From contig CP110439.1 in NCBI GenBank assembly GCA_026914245.1, positions 2,852,001 to 2,916,000 of the forward strand: a stretch of 64,000 nt of DNA, read 5' to 3'. Both the position numbers and the translations under genes were made by a program. A model generated the notes under the pieces. It was not told the DNA's origin, did no database searches, and worked only from the letters and a program-made list of their open reading frames with translations. Numbering within the stretch: the first letter of the stretch is position 1; the number at the start of each line of letters is the position of its first letter. The DNA comes from Puccinia triticina (lineage: Eukaryota). Shown here piece after piece: positions 27,989 through 42,800 of this stretch.

Positions 27989-30957
27989 CACCAGGAGAGA
28001 AAGTGTTGCACTCTCTAGAGAGTGCCAGGCCACAATGTCTTTCAGGAACTCTGACTAATGTTGACCGTTACGGTATGTGACGGTCAAGATGAATCATGTT
28101 GATGTCAAGTTGAAATCAATCCAATTTCACATGCCACTCATGACCAACCACTGATGGCAGTTGCAGGATCAAATGCCAATGTTTAGTGCACATGAAGTTG
28201 AAGTTATGTTTGGCAAAATTTTCAGTCCTAGTGTATTCCATGGAATCGTGTCACACTCGGTGGAATAACGGTGGTGTTAGTTTTAGGATGACCTCTGTGC
28301 AGACTGACCCAATCAAAGTTTAGCAAGAGCTCTCCTGCTATGAAGAGGGCATTATGAACAATAATTTTGAATCCCTCCGAAGATCATAAGTTACAAATTT
28401 GACTGGGTTGGGTGCACCATCTGGTGGAGCTCAGAGGTTCAACTTCCATTCAGCCACTTTGCCACACCAACAGTTAATATTAGAGCCTTGCTGTCCAGTG
28501 TGTTTGTGTTAACTCATCACTATTGTAAGTTCAGAACTTCATCATCCTCTTCATTTTCCATGACCAAGTGAAACACAAGGATGATAATCGTGGAGCCCTC
28601 AGACTTCAGTTTTCAGAAATACAGCCAATTTCAACAGAGGAGGAAAAGGTAATATTTTTAAATGCTTTGCAACGGATGCCTGCTTCAACAATGGGCACCT
28701 GTGCTCAGTGTGATACAGGGAAATCCAAAATTATTCATCTGTGGCACAGGGCACCATGGCAGCCCTCAACTTCTCCTTACTGACAGGCTTTTGAGCTGCT
28801 GGCCATATTTCATGAAAGGAAGGAGTCTGGCTGATGTGCGCTGTGGATGACCCCAAAAGAAGCACCTACAAAGGTTCATCTATGTGTTACAAATGCATTC
28901 AAACAAATGATACTGATCACTAGGAGAAGGGCAGTCCTGATTGTTCATCAAGCCTTTCTCAGCAATAGACCGGATCAGGAAAGATTGATTTTGGTGGGTG
29001 CTGGAGTATAGCTGTTGCACTTCAAGACTTGTTTGGACCAGTATCTTGTTTCAATTTTGGAAACGGAATCAGATGCTTAACTTGGGAGAGATGACTGTTA
29101 TTCCCAAGGCGTATGTCATCTGAAGTGTCCCAGTGGCAGCTCAGGTTAGATAAATCAATGTTTTTGACCCCTCAAGCAAGAGAAAAGCATGAAGGATGGC
29201 ACATTCAATGGATAATTGGCTATTTGACAATGTAAATTTTGACTTTTCTGCCAGTACGGTATGCATTTTTGTTGCATGATCCCCACAGTATGAAGATAGG
29301 AGCATTTCATGTCAGCTTAAGATGAGCAGTTTCCATAAATATTGTCATTGAGGGAGCCCATGTGCAAAGGATCCGTCGTGTTGATCCATCCCAATTCCTC
29401 TGGAAAGATGCACTAAGAAGCTCCCCCTCAGTGCACAAATTCAACAGGAAATGACAGAGGCCAGAACACAAACCTACCAACCGCAAAACCACCCTGCAGT
29501 GCGTAGTGGCCGCACTGCCAAAATCCGGTTGCAGCTGTGCCTGCCACAGCAAACTGATCAGTTGCTTCTGACTGCTGGGCTACCCATTTGCACACAGTCA
29601 CAAAACCCAATACACCACCACATCCACTAACTGATCAAACTCCACAATGACAAATATTGAGGTATGTAAAGGATTGATATATCTGACAGGCTGCAGTAGC
29701 TGCATTGTTTCCCATGACAGCATGAGTATCATGGACATCAGAGCCTGATTGTAAAGGAATAGTGGTGGTTGTCACCGTGGCTGGTCATGCTGTTGCTGAT
29801 TAGTTTGCTCTGTCTCAACCCTTGCCTCACCCAAGTGAGGGTTTTCCCCCTATCTTACAGCCATTTTTTCCGGGTTGCTCACCCTGGTGGATTGTCCACA
29901 ATCCCTAGGTTGAATGTTGGGACTCTGGGTAGACTTGAGCACGATTGAGTCGAATGGGATCCAGAAAAGGAAGTCTTTTCCCGGGGATAAGTTCAAATTC
30001 CACCCAAGGAGGTTGAGATCAGAGCTGCGCATGTACTATTCTCTGCTGACGGACAGTGGCATTTGTGATAGAATAAATTAATGTCATATGAAGGGCAAAC
30101 CAGAGGTGATCTCCCGCGGGAATCCTCATGGGAGGCTGGCCAGATAGAAGGTTGGTGGTGCAGCTAGTTCACCCGTCCCGCCAACTTTTTGAACGACCCA
30201 TATGATCCCAGGAGTAAAAGACAGATGCAGACTTCGGTGCAGGAGATGGCGCAGCCAACTTGACAATGGGGCTTTGTAACCCAATATGGTATGTGGGTCG
30301 TGGAGGCCAACAGCGTTGGGCGAGAGGTTGGGAAGAATTCAGCATGTGTGTTGGCGTCACATTCAGAAAGCAATAATCCCTGCAGAGGCATCATCCGCGT
30401 GAGCGATCCACAACTGGGTTGTCTGTGAGGGCATGAGGGCTAACCACATTGCAGCCAGGGACTATGCATGTTATAATTGGGGGTTCTGGTTGGCCACCAC
30501 AAGAAATGTGATGCTCAGAAGGCAACCTCACAAAAACTCTGATTCATCATGTCTACTGCGTTTGAAGGAAGCAAGACCAGCTGCAAAAATTGAGTGGTGA
30601 ACCGGATCATAGGTCATGCTGTGATGCTGTTCGATGTGTTACATGACGGCCGCCATGAGGAGGTTTTTGTGGTGATATTAAGTTCTAAGACGTGGAGGGG
30701 GGACATCAAACTGGTGAAAAGTTGATGGGCCTCTCCCATGTTGGACGCGAGATCATGTCCACCACGATGAACGACCGTACGTTACGGTGGACATATGCGG
30801 CCTCACAAAAAGTTACCGGACAGGTGAGGGGCCGGGGCTCAATGGCCTTGGGGCATCAAGGAGAATGAACAAAGGCTTTGTGAGCCTGAGTCTCTATAGT
30901 GACAGCAGGACACAAGAAATGGGGGGGCAATAGTTGGATTTCTTGGGATAAAGAAAT

Positions 30958-31654
30958 TACAACTATAATAGAAAAAGAGAAAGAGAGAGAGAAACCAAGC
31001 AGGATAAGAAGGAAGAGAAGTACTAGGTTATTCTAGTGGGAATGCACGTCCACTGGCAATGCTACTCTTCAGAAGAGTGCTGCTAATCTGTGCAAGAAGT
31101 GCTACAGCTTCCTCTCAGGAGGGTATCTGGATTAGATAAGTCTTAATCCAGCCACAGTTTTTTAGACTTCTCTCTGGACAGTCAAGGTTCTTAATGGGAA
31201 ACCTGAGGGACAGCCCTGAACCTAGATTTTGAGGCAAAGGCCTGATGATAAGAAGGGACAGCCCTGTGATCAAGATGGAGGCAAAGGCCTATAGATATGG
31301 AGGGACAGCCCTGTGATCAAGGAGGAAGCAAAGCAAGAAGAAAAGGCAGATCCAGCAAGACACAGAGTTGTACCTCTGAGATAAACAAGGTTCAGTGAAA
31401 GAGGTTACTTACTGTCAATATCCTAGGCGCCTGTGACGGTAGGTATACTGGGAGTATAGTAGGCTCTTTGGTGGTGATCCTGGAGTTATCTGGGTGGTGG
31501 TTCTGGTGTGCTGAAGTCTGTGGATCCGCCTCAGGCAAGGGGGATCCTGACTACGAAAATTTTCACAGTTTGCTTATGTAATTTACATATGTACATGTGG
31601 TTTGGCGCGCCTAGTAGCGCTGACACGTCACAACTGCGCAAGGGCGCTACAACT
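30958..31654 (-). mobile_element. Probable LTR-like remnant nested in the CACTA
   Basis: Flanked by TACAACT direct repeats; three internal AGGGACAGCCCTG repeats; non-coding, LTR-like composition. Confidence 0.3.
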
Positions 31655-32159
31655 CAGTAACTCAGGGAAGGAGTATAGTTACAATGAATTGGTAAGTTGT
31701 AACTAGGGTTAAAATTGCATGAGGAAACAGAATATGAAGTCAAAACAGGGATATCTCTTAAGATGAAAAAGATATAAAGTAATTTATATGTAACAAAGGT
31801 AGAACAGGCAGCTTTTAGGTCAGCTGTGATGACTCTAAGGCTGACAGGCTTGGTTGTGGGCAGGCGGGGCAAACCCAACAACCACAAGGGGCAACAAATG
31901 CACCCAAACAAGAATAGTTTGATTATTCACAACAGAACTGACGCACCCAAAGATAAGAGTGATCAAAGGCGAGTGGGGACTGGCACGTGTGATTAATTTC
32001 ATGTGCAGAACATTAACTGCCTGTGGAATCTGTGGAATCACCTGCACCATGCCGAGGCACAGTGCAAAGCTTTCCCTTTGTTGGCTGGTCATAGGCAGGC
32101 TTGGTCATAGCCAATCATTCTCGCGGCCAACAACTGATTCCTGACCTAGAAGTGTATAT

Positions 32160-33100
32160 ATGCCTTGTCCTTTCGACCTACTTGGGCATGGGGCAACTGA
32201 AGCATCGCCTGATCTGATCCATCCATCTGTGATACCCTTGAAGATGATTGAGGTGTCCGGCAATATCCATCTCTCGAATACTGATCCGAATAACATCAAA
32301 TATGTCGGAAATAAGATAGAGATAAATACGGTCATTGCTTTGCATCAGCTCCCCCCGGAAGTTTGTTCTAGGTCCTACCATGAGTACAGAGTTATCCTCG
32401 ACTTGTCAGCCACATCTACAACAGTTCCTGCGATATTATATGACTTCTGCACCCAGATTTTCTTTTCCGGCCAGCTTCTTGTACCCGTCAACTCAATTTC
32501 TCCAATTATACGTGTGGAGAAGCTGGAGTGGCAGGTTCATCACGGAGAGTTTCCTCTCGCTCAAGAATTCGAAAGGACAAATGCCTTTGGGACGGTCTAT
32601 GTTGTGAAGGTCCACGTAAACCCAATTGTAGGTTGTGTTGGGCACATTGAGGTTGTTGATCAGGACTTTCATCTGGTCAGTACTCCCCCATGTAACCATG
32701 ATAACAGTTCTCAGTGCAGCAGGCCCACAGGAACTCACTTCAAATCTTACAGTCGAAGCCGGCTCACATCAAGCTCATCGCGAGGCACGGCCAAGCACAC
32801 GAGGCGTTTCAGACTCTTCAACGTGGGGATTCCATTCGGTTTGGAGGTGCGGTGGAGGAAAGGTCACACTGTGACACAGGGTTGTTTGCCTTGGGTGTAC
32901 ACAATTTGCTGGCTAATTTTGCCGTTTGGACGCTAATGAGATGTGGTGGTTGCAGGTTGAATATGCGACAAAGCTGCAGCGATGCAATAAGACTGTTTAC
33001 GGCTTGAGGAACTGTCCCAAAAACCGTTTCAAACTCCAAGTGAACGATTGGAACGGGCAATCAAGAACCAAGCAAAACCGCCGGAAGAAGGTTCATCACA
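32160..33100 (+). CDS. Uncharacterised CACTA cargo protein (beta-rich, probably spliced)
   Basis: 258-aa ATG ORF with a likely intron near 32677-32730; no recognisable family. Confidence 0.45.
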
Positions 33101-33645
33101 CCACTGCATGACCGTTGGGACACAGAGATGGGGTCGATTTACCTTCCCCTCCCAGGCAGTTTCCAATTTGCTGTTTTCTATCTCTTTCTCATTGTCTGAC
33201 GGCCTACTTGGCTCATGCTCTGTTACTGCTCTCATGGTTGTTTGTCAGCCAGCAACAACTGAAGTAGTGATCTCTGGAATAGCAGATAGCTCATTGGCTT
33301 GCTTGACTACCACCCAGGGAAAATACTCCTCGCCGGCTGACATTATATGTCTGCGTAATAAAATCACGCTCTTGTTGTGATGAGCCTCCTCTGACCCAGG
33401 GCATGGGAATTTCTTGAGAGTAAAGAGACATACTAGCGCTTCGCGCGCGAGGAATACAACAAATGGCCAACAATTCGAACACAAGATGTTTCATTTACGC
33501 TATTTTGACCGTGGATTCAGACAGGGAGATCAGTGAGATAATATAGCAGAAAACAGTGATGCAGCGGCATGAATGGATATCTGACACGCAGAGAGAGGAA
33601 TCTGAAGGTACAAGTTACACCTTTACTGTGTCATGACCAGGATGG

Positions 33646-36465
33646 TCAATTGCTTATTTCTGCAGGTGCACAAGGCAGGAGAAAGGGCGATGTGGGGTTC
33701 CCAGCCCCCCATCGATTGAGAAAATCGTTGGTGATCGCCTCCGCAAGCTCAAACTGAGTTGGCACTTTGACTTGAGCCATGGGGCAGAGGATATCGCGAG
33801 ACTCAAAGAGAGGTCGAAAGATCTGTACCAGATACGCAGAAAGATGTTTCCAGATTGATTCTTCAGGCGTGTGTGGTGTTGTCGAGTGCTGTCTGATGAC
33901 AGACATTGCCTGGATGAACAACATACAAGTCGAGATTCCAGCAACTCGGTGGTCTCTTGAAGTGACAAACAGCCCGCGGACTCCAGCAAGGACAAAATAC
34001 ACAAGCGGCTGGAAATTCTGTTTGCGTTGGTAATTTTGAAGGTGATGTGCTGCGTGGGCTGTGGGATTGGATAGGTCTAAAGGAGCCTTCTGGACCGGAG
34101 TCATCGTGTCATTGACAGATGGCTGATTTCTTCGGGTGTTTGCTTTTTTCTGAGCAGGTGTCAAAGGTGCATCACTCAGGTAGTGGGTCTGAAGGATGAT
34201 GTACGCCATCATAACATCGATGACAACATTCCGAAATTCGTGGATCACGTCGACGGAGTGTAAACGTTGCGCGGAGACGTCGGAAGGGTCACCAGTCGGG
34301 TTTGGAGGGTCAAAGGCGGGGGACGAGTTCTTAACGGCATCGAGATATGCAAGGGTCGCGACACCTTGAGCAACATGATCATTTTCTTGAGATGAACTGA
34401 TTTTTGGTGGTCGGAATATGGTGTCTGCCATGAATTCGACAGAAGCGGCAACGAGCCTTGCCCAGTCAGTGTGCAAGCGGCGGGGAGGGTTGAGGAGCCG
34501 AAAGAGGCCGCGGACAATTGTTGATTCTGGATGGGGAGTTTTGGTGAGTGTTGGGATGAATGACCCGGGTTGGAGGTCATTAGTCTTGTCCCCAAAGCTA
34601 GAGAGCTTGGGGAAGTCGATGAGGTCGGGGCAATACCACTGCTCGCTGGCACATGGCGCTAAGAACCCATCCGCTGGGAAACATAATGTTAGTTAGCAAG
34701 TAACGGTTTTATTAAAGAAAGGTGCTTACCAAGTTCGGTGATAGTTTGTACCCATCCGCCATATGAACCACCTGTGCGTTGGAACTGGAATTTCTGCGTA
34801 GGTGGAGCTGGTGGGGCCATCATATGTGCGCGATTCTGGAGCAACGGAACCAGCGACTGCCAGGTGGTCTGATATTTTGACCAGGATGGTTTGGAGCCGG
34901 TGAACTGCTGGTGAATGCTGAATACCTGCGCGCGGATGGGGTCAGATTTGATAATGGTCAGCTTGACAGGGTGAGGGCTTGCAGATGACCGGGCTGGCTC
35001 GCTGTTTGCGGTGTGGCTCTCTGACGTGGTCGATGGCTGTTCTTTGGTTGCAGATGAGGCTTGAGCAGGGCCGGTAGGACTCGCAGGCGTGAAGAGATTT
35101 GGCGATTTGGGTCTGGCAGCCCCAGACCCGGGGGGATCATCGGGTACTGTCTGATGAAGGCTGTGCGCTGGATTGTTCGGCGCGGAGTTTTCGGGGGAAC
35201 GGTTGGAGTCTGCCGTGCAAACATGAGGAGGTGGCGGATTGGTCGATGATTGAAGGGGACCGATGCCCTGGAGTGATTCATCAGGAATGGGGTCCCAGGG
35301 GTTTATATCCATTGGCTCAGCGGCTTGAGTGTTGAGGGTGGGCGACTGTAGATCTGCTGTACTGGCAGATGGGTTGTCATTTGAAGGGCCGGTGGACAGG
35401 CCGGTGTCGGTGGTGGGAACTGAGCCCTGGGCTTGTTGTGGAGACGGCGCGGGATTGTCGGGGTTCTTGATCAGCAGATCCACCGCTCTGGCAGTTGAGG
35501 GTTTTTTTGTTCGACTGCGAGTCACACGCTTGCGTGACTTCTTGACTGGGCGAGACGTCGAGGGTGAAGGATCGGTAGGGTTGGTAATCTTGATATCGTC
35601 TGCGTCGGGGAGAGCACCGGTTTCCTCCCATGCTGGTGGTAGGAAGGAGCCAGTGGGCTGTGAATAAACATGATCGGCGGTGAGGTTGATGAATTGGTTA
35701 GATACTTACTCCGTCTGCTGCTCATTAAGGAGTCAGCCAGCTCCTCAGCCTTTTGTTTACAGTGACGGGGAAGCTTGAGCGCTAGGATATGGGCTGCTGA
35801 TCGGGCGGCGGCATCAATTGAACAAGCAAATTCTTCTGGTGTGATCTCCTGTATCTCCGTGGGAAGGACAGATTCCTCCGGATCAAGTGAGGCTGCGGAC
35901 GAGGAGGATTGATGTTGAATTAGGAATGCTTGAAGGGAAGACGCTGGGATTGACCGAGTGATGTTGTTCTGCTCGAGATCCTGTTGGGCTGGAAATATGA
36001 AATTTGGCTCAATTCGACACTGCGGGTTTGGCACGATGACCAGGCAAACTCACTGGGGGGTGGTGTGGTCCCTGAGGATTCGGTTTCCGTCAAGCAACCG
36101 GAGTCATTGGTTGCGGGATCGTCGCGGGGAGAACCTGGATGAGACATGAGGTATTCTCATTCAGCGCAAAGGTCAATGCGGAGTGGATTTGGGGACAAGT
36201 GGGAGGAGAGGAACTCAAGGGGAATGTGGGCTGGTTTATATGGCTTACCCCTATTGGGACCCAAGCCTTGGTGCTGTTCATGACCAGAGTCCTTTGTGAT
36301 GAAGTTTGCGATTGTGCCCGGGACCTGACGTAATCCAGATAGTGCAAGACAACGTGCAGTTAGACCATGAGCCAAATGCATGTGGCTGATGGCAGCATTA
36401 TGTTCAGCAAATGAGGGTCCTTTCTCATATAGTGGAAGATGCTGATGTGTGGCTGAAGCAGGCAT
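33646..36465 (-). CDS. Uncharacterised multi-exon CACTA cargo gene (Pro/Ser-rich middle, helical C-terminal domain), possibly disrupted
   Basis: Co-oriented ORFs 36157-36465, 35522-36034, 34689-35525, 33646-34476 with GT-AG gaps. Confidence 0.5.
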
Positions 36466-37639
36466 GCGACTTAGTTTGTCTAACGGTGTTTATTGTTTGT
36501 CTATTGTCTTGCGCGTTGCGAAGGCAGTGATAGTGGTCACTACTATGGAAGAGGGTTCACTGGGCAGCATGGTGTCTGACTGTGTTATATGTAGTGAACT
36601 GCGATATCGTCTGGCCAAAGGCATTTGAGCCCGCCGAGCGGAACACATGGGCTCACCCTGCGCAGCCGCTCAGGTGAAGTGGGTGATAAATGTGCACGGT
36701 CTCCTGAGCTGAAATCCAAGTGGAATACAAGGATGTATGTTAGTGGATGCGGTTCCGGCGGTGAAACGCAACTGAAAATCAATCTGGATGGTGGTGTAAT
36801 TAGACTCCATCCTCTGGGAAAGTGCATCCGAAGATCACGCGGGAAGCCCTGTCAATGACAGGCGGATTTGTACAGTGGGGTGGGTAGTGCGGGCGGGCCT
36901 TTGGTTGGGCCATCGGGCTCTCTACGGCTATGTATGTCCACCCTGAAGTTCGGCCGAACGTCAGGGTGGACACCGATGGGTGCCTGATGAAATTTTGCTG
37001 TGGTGTGCTACATGTGTCCAAGGTCACAAGTCTGTGTCAGTTCTGCCGCTACAATCATGGGCCCCACGAGTGTAACGATCCAAATACAGGGGGCACATGA
37101 TGCCCACTAATACAGACAGTCCTTCAGCAGGCCTTCTTGGGGACGCTTCTTGAGTATGATTTGAATGGAGCTTCCCCAAGAATGACAACTGGGCATGACA
37201 ACAAGAACGACTTGTAGTCTGATTGTGTCCACCCTCATGTTCGGCCAAACGTTGCGGTGGACAGTTTTGCCGCCATGTTAGTAGGCAGTGTTGACACACA
37301 TCTCAGCATGGGCACTACCTCACAGCGTTTGGAACATCTCTGTGAGGGTGAAATACTACTGACGATAGTGCTCACAGCCTTTGTAAGGTCTAAATCACAT
37401 CTCAGTGTGCAGGAAGTGTGGAAGCGATACACCACCTAACAAAGCCATACTTGCATTGGCAGGCAAATGTATATTGCGCCAAGCAGAAACAAAGCACAAG
37501 AGACATCGACATCTTGTGCCACAACACGGTGTGATGTTCTTGCACGAACTAGGAACAGAGTGGGGTTGTCATGGGAGAGGGAGACTGAATCCGTGAGAAG
37601 AAAGTTAATGTGCAAGCCGAGTCCGGTCGCTAGGTACAT

Positions 37640-39345
37640 TCAACAATCGACGTGCATGGCACCCGCCGCCGCGGAATCAGATGGCCCGTGATTGGCCTCA
37701 CCTGTGAGAGTGTTGGATCCGCTGGGCTGATTGAGAGACGGACCTGGCATCCCAGACCCCGAGTTTCCGGCGGGTTGCATGCAGCTCTTCTGCATCTTTT
37801 GCGCGATGACATCTAGACCAATTGGTGGGACTTGTGATATAGTATCCCGCTCGAAGGAAGTAAGCTGACCCCAGTACGTCTTGCTGTAAGCGTCGAGGGG
37901 AAGACCACAAGGGACGCCGATTATTCCTTTTGTTCTCTTGAAGTTGCGTTTTGAGCGACCATATAGCTTTTCGTTGGCTGCGACCGTCTTGTGGTGTTGT
38001 CCTCTGGCGATGACCATTTTGTCAAGACAATGTAAGATTGTGGTGAGTTCGTCACTGCGCCAGTCAGGGATTTGGGTGACCGGGAGAGCGTCGGCGGGGC
38101 CGTCTTCGATATCCAAGCCACAGGCCTTATTCTCAACAATGCTCGCGAGTGCAATGTTAGTCTTGAATACTTTATCAACGATCGCGCATCTGTTGTCCTT
38201 GATCTGGCCAAAGAAGAGCCCGTTTATAAAATCGACCATTCTAGTCAGCACACGTATTCTGGTCACACGGGATTAATGTTGCATCGCAGCACTTACCCTC
38301 TTCCGCCAGCGAGTATATTGCTCCTTAGTGGCCTTCTGGTTTTTCAAACGGTCGTAAGCCACAACTTCCATGTCCTGAAACTCAAGAATCTCGCGCGACT
38401 TTGTCTGGAGCCAACGGTGTATAATTGCAGGAGCTTGACCGGCTTGCTCCTCAGTGATTGATGTGGTTCGTCGCATCCATTCAACAGACTTCGAGGCCAT
38501 GATCTCAACCACTGCCGAGTTCCATGCAGAGCTGCGGTCGGATCCCCACTGGAAGGTCACTCTTGAGATGCCCGCCAATGCAAACGCGCGCTCCACATCT
38601 GCTTTGGTTTGAGAGCTAATAGATTTACAGCCCTTCGCAGAAGCTTTTTGGGCAGCTGGAGTGAATGATGGTAAGACGATGTTTTGGCGAATTTCCTTTT
38701 CGGCAACGGAAACGTAGTAGTCGACTTCAGCGGCGGGTTTTCCCTCCAGAGCAACACGGACTCTTTCAAGCTGTTCAAGAATGGCTGCGCTGCGCTTTTT
38801 GACCCAATATTGATCACTGAGTTCCTGCTCCGTGGGAGCGCGAGGGTATTCTTGTGGCTTGTCGGGATGGCCCAGAAAGAATTTGACAAAGCCGTGGATA
38901 CCGCGGGAATACTTATTGTAGTGCTCGGCGAGGGCTCCCTTCTGCGCTATCACCCTTGCTTGCCGTCCACATCGGCGCGCCCCCTCCGTCTCTTCTGCTT
39001 GATTGCGAGCTGACCTAGCTTGCCCGACAACAAATTTGGGGCTCAGCTCCGCTGCGGCATCCGGCTGTAATGGCCCCGGAGCTTGTCCGCTGGAAGGCTG
39101 ACCTATATAGAATAAATGAGTCAGTGGCAGAGAAATGACCCGTTCAAAGTTGTAGAATCGACAGTCTTGCCTTGAGAATCGGTCTGCATTGCCGCTTCAG
39201 CAGATGAAGTTCCACTCTGGGCTTGAAACACAGGGACCAGTTTATCCACTAACGTGGCGATCCATTTCTGGTCTCTGCCTGGAGCAGGGGCAGCGTCGCC
39301 CTCGTTGCCTGGCGGCGGTAAAGAAGTAGGAGGATTTGATGTCAT
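37640..39345 (-). CDS. CACTA accessory protein A (unknown function), 3 exons
   Basis: Spliceable ORFs directly downstream of the transposase; motifs VTFQW, IHRWL, IPDWRSDEL, VPCGLPLDAYSKTYW. Confidence 0.65.
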
Positions 39346-39810
39346 TGCAGACCGTGATGTTGGGCACTCTGGTGATCAAGCGCGCAGGCAGGTTCAAAGA
39401 TATTGTGGCAGAAAAGATCGATGAAGTGGTACTGGTGACCATGGAAATAGGAAAGTCTACTGCCAAGGGATATCTGAGGGGCAACGTCGGGGGACAAGAA
39501 TCGACAAAGTAGGTGGGAAGTGAGTCTGAATCACCACTCATGAGCAAATTCAGACACAATTCAGACACGAATCAAGCACAGTGATCTCCACCTCCAACAA
39601 AACCGTGGCCTTTCTTTCAATTCGTTGGGGTACCACATAAAGGGATGTGTTCAAACGCTCCGCAAGGCTCCACACACAGTAACCTGGCCCTAGTGTCAGC
39701 CACATTCTGCGATGTGCCCCACCTTCCCTTTGATTACAGGTATGCTCACTCATTCACCAGGCTTTCCCATCCCTACAGATTTGTAGGACAGTCCAAACAC
39801 CCCCAATCAG

Positions 39811-42800
39811 CTAACGCACCAACATTTCGCATCCAAAGTGAGAGCCCCCACTTACCGCGGTTCGTAAGCCCAGAGCGCTGATTGTTTCCCCGGGAAATCC
39901 GAAGGTGCCGGCAGAATGCCACATGATCGCGACGTGGCCGATGATGTGATCCCTTTCTATGACTGCTGTGACCTCATGCTCCGCCTTCACCATTCGACAG
40001 TTGAGATCCGGGTAATCACCGTACGGATCTTCGCTCCTTTGTAGCTCTTTGAATGGCATGACCGCCAGCCAGGTCTTGCCCGGAGTTTGTGTTGATTGGA
40101 ATATGACTTGAATCTCACCGAAACGTTGGATCTTGCAATGGTAAAATTCGACCAAGCAATTTCCTTTGTGCTGCTGCTTTGGAGTGAATGTCTTACGGTC
40201 GGCCTGGACGCTCCGCAAAGTGGCAACGGTGGCATCTAAATGCCGATGAGACTGAGCCACGGGAGTAGGTCCTGCGCGCTCTTGATGTGCCACCGCATGC
40301 TGCCACTTGAGATACAAAGGCTTATCCAGCTGGATCGGAGCCGACCTTTCCTCCTCTAACTCCGCCTCCGACAAATCGGACGAAACATACGGTGTATCAT
40401 GTTGGATAGAGCGGAGGTTCGAGGTGATGTGCCTTTGGTTACCAAGGTCTTGGGGATCTCAGCTGCACACGCGCAAACACCAAATGTCAATGAATCTCTC
40501 AGAATCCATACCGCAACACAAAACACTAACTCAGGTGGTGATTGGTAGGAAGCCTCTGGAGCATCCCGTTCACTCGTTCCTGTGCCCATGCTGCTGTTGA
40601 CCGAGGAGGCCCAAATCTCCGGATAACTTCCAAGAAATGCTGGGTCAAATGGAGATTAGGCTTGCTAGGTGCAGAGGGCCAGCCATCCTGTAGACATTGG
40701 CGGTACTTGAGGATCAGGCTGTCTAGTTCAGTGAGGTCTTCCACCTTTATCACCGGTAGAGTGAGGAAGTGTGCTACTTTTGAAAGTGTTGTGGTTGATT
40801 CTAATAGCAGTGATATCCTTCTTTTGGTTTGGCTCGTTGCCGCGCTCTCCCAAGATTTGACCCAGTAGGGAATCAACGCAATTGTATAGTAGACCTTGTA
40901 CAGGATCAGCCATTTGGCGGCCTTCAATGAGCCATGGCTGGCACAACCCAAGTTTTGGGGCACTCTGTCAATCCAAGAAGGTAAGGTGGTGTGAAGAATG
41001 GTTCGACGGACAATATCCAATTCCTCGGGGAATAGTCGAGGATGATCAGGTGAATCCACTGGCAGTTGCGCACTGCTTCTTTTTGTTTGCCGACCGGTCA
41101 CAGTATCGTCACTCGCGCCTGTGTCAGAATCAGCACTCTCCTCCTCCTCGCATGTGTTGTAAAATGCTCTCTTCCGGACCCGCAGTTGGTAGGAGTGCGT
41201 GGCTGAGGAATCAGAACTGGCGTGAGGGCCAGCTTCGCTGATTGCATCTGCCGAATTGGGACTCGCAGATCGTTTGTCTCGGTAGCCATGCTCCCCTGAC
41301 CACCGGTCTGACGGGTTCGTTTGCTTGGTCTTTGAGCTTCAGGAACCTCGGCAATAGAACTTTCACGCTTCCTCTTCCCCCCGGGCTTTCCACTGGTGGA
41401 TGATCGGGGCTCGCCGCCAAAAGGACGCTCGGCGTAAGAGATGTCGTTTTGCCAGGCTTCATCTAGCTCTTGCATCGACTTGAGTTGTGCACCAGCTGCG
41501 GGCAAATTCAAGAATTGCATGCTGTGATCCTTTAAGTCACCCAGGACTAAGGCGTGCATCATTTCAATTGAAGAGTATTGGACAGGCCGCCAATATGGCA
41601 GCTCATTGAGAACGCTCCACCGTGCACCATGCTTTTTGGCGAATTTCTTCCTTTCAGTGTAGTTTTCAAGCTGAAGCCAAGCGGCAGCGTCTCTCCGGTG
41701 CGCCTCGTCTGTTCGTGGAAGAAACCTTGTGGTGTCTGTCTCGTGCAGATTCTCCTTCTTAAGCAGACATAATGAACAAAACAGGAGCGCTGCATGACTG
41801 CCAAATCCATTGGTCTTGCGGATTGCTGGCAGATCTGCAATCAGAGGGAATATGGCTGCACGCAACGTTCTACCTTCAGGATGAATGCTGGTCGATTCAA
41901 ACAAAACTCCACTCCAAAACTCTTTAAGCTCGAGGACCAAAGGTCGCAGTATGTGGTTGATCTGTTTGAGCTTTGGTTCCTTGGGTCCGGGAATGATGCC
42001 AAAAAGAAACATGTTTTCTACCTTGTATCGCTGATCTGCAGGAAGTTTCAGGCAGATTAAAGTTATTGCGCCAACAGTCGTGTGCTTGCCGAGATTTGAG
42101 CTCCCTCCTGGGCTGAACCAGTCCAGATACAGGCTGAAGACGAGGTTCCCCAAATGCTTCGTATATGTCCCCATGCCGTCATCCGAATTGGGAAATTCTT
42201 GCCAGACCCAGCCGTGCCACACATCTTCCATTGGTTTTCCGGCAGGCCAGTTGGAAGCGGCAAGACTGGAGTCTAGCAGGCGTTCAAATGCAGCTCGGGA
42301 GAGCCGGTTTGCTAACCACGACTTCAGTGATACGTATGTGAATGTCCAAACAGGGACTTCTTGCTGTGTCGCATTAATCGTGTAGAGAGGTTGATCGCAC
42401 TTGGGGATCAGGCTTCTGGCCTTCGCCCACTTGCAAAAGCCTTGTTTAGGTGACAGATAAGGCTGTGTGCATCGTTTCGGATGGTCTCCCTGCCCTGATT
42501 CAGTTGAGTAGAGAGCAAAGCATTTTTTGCAGCAGAGACATGTGGTCAAGTTCGGATTGAGCCCAAGACGATGAAACACTGCGTCTTGACTCTGAGGGAT
42601 CTGCCGCAGGATAGATGTTGGATCAATGGTGATTCAATTCTTGGCGCTCCAGATCTTCGCAAGTAGTACAACATTATCCCGGGCGGCCTTCAAGAATTTG
42701 ACTGCGCCATCCTTACTAAGCTTGTTGGCACAGACAGACCGAGCGACTTGAAGCATTACCTGCTTGCAATAAGCCTCCTCGATTACAAACTCTGTGCAGC

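Noticed and set aside
28050..30700. Short ORFs in the CACTA terminal regions (also 43600-44300 and 48800-50050)
   Set aside because: Fragmented by stops with no recognisable motif. Probably decayed cargo, but not callable.
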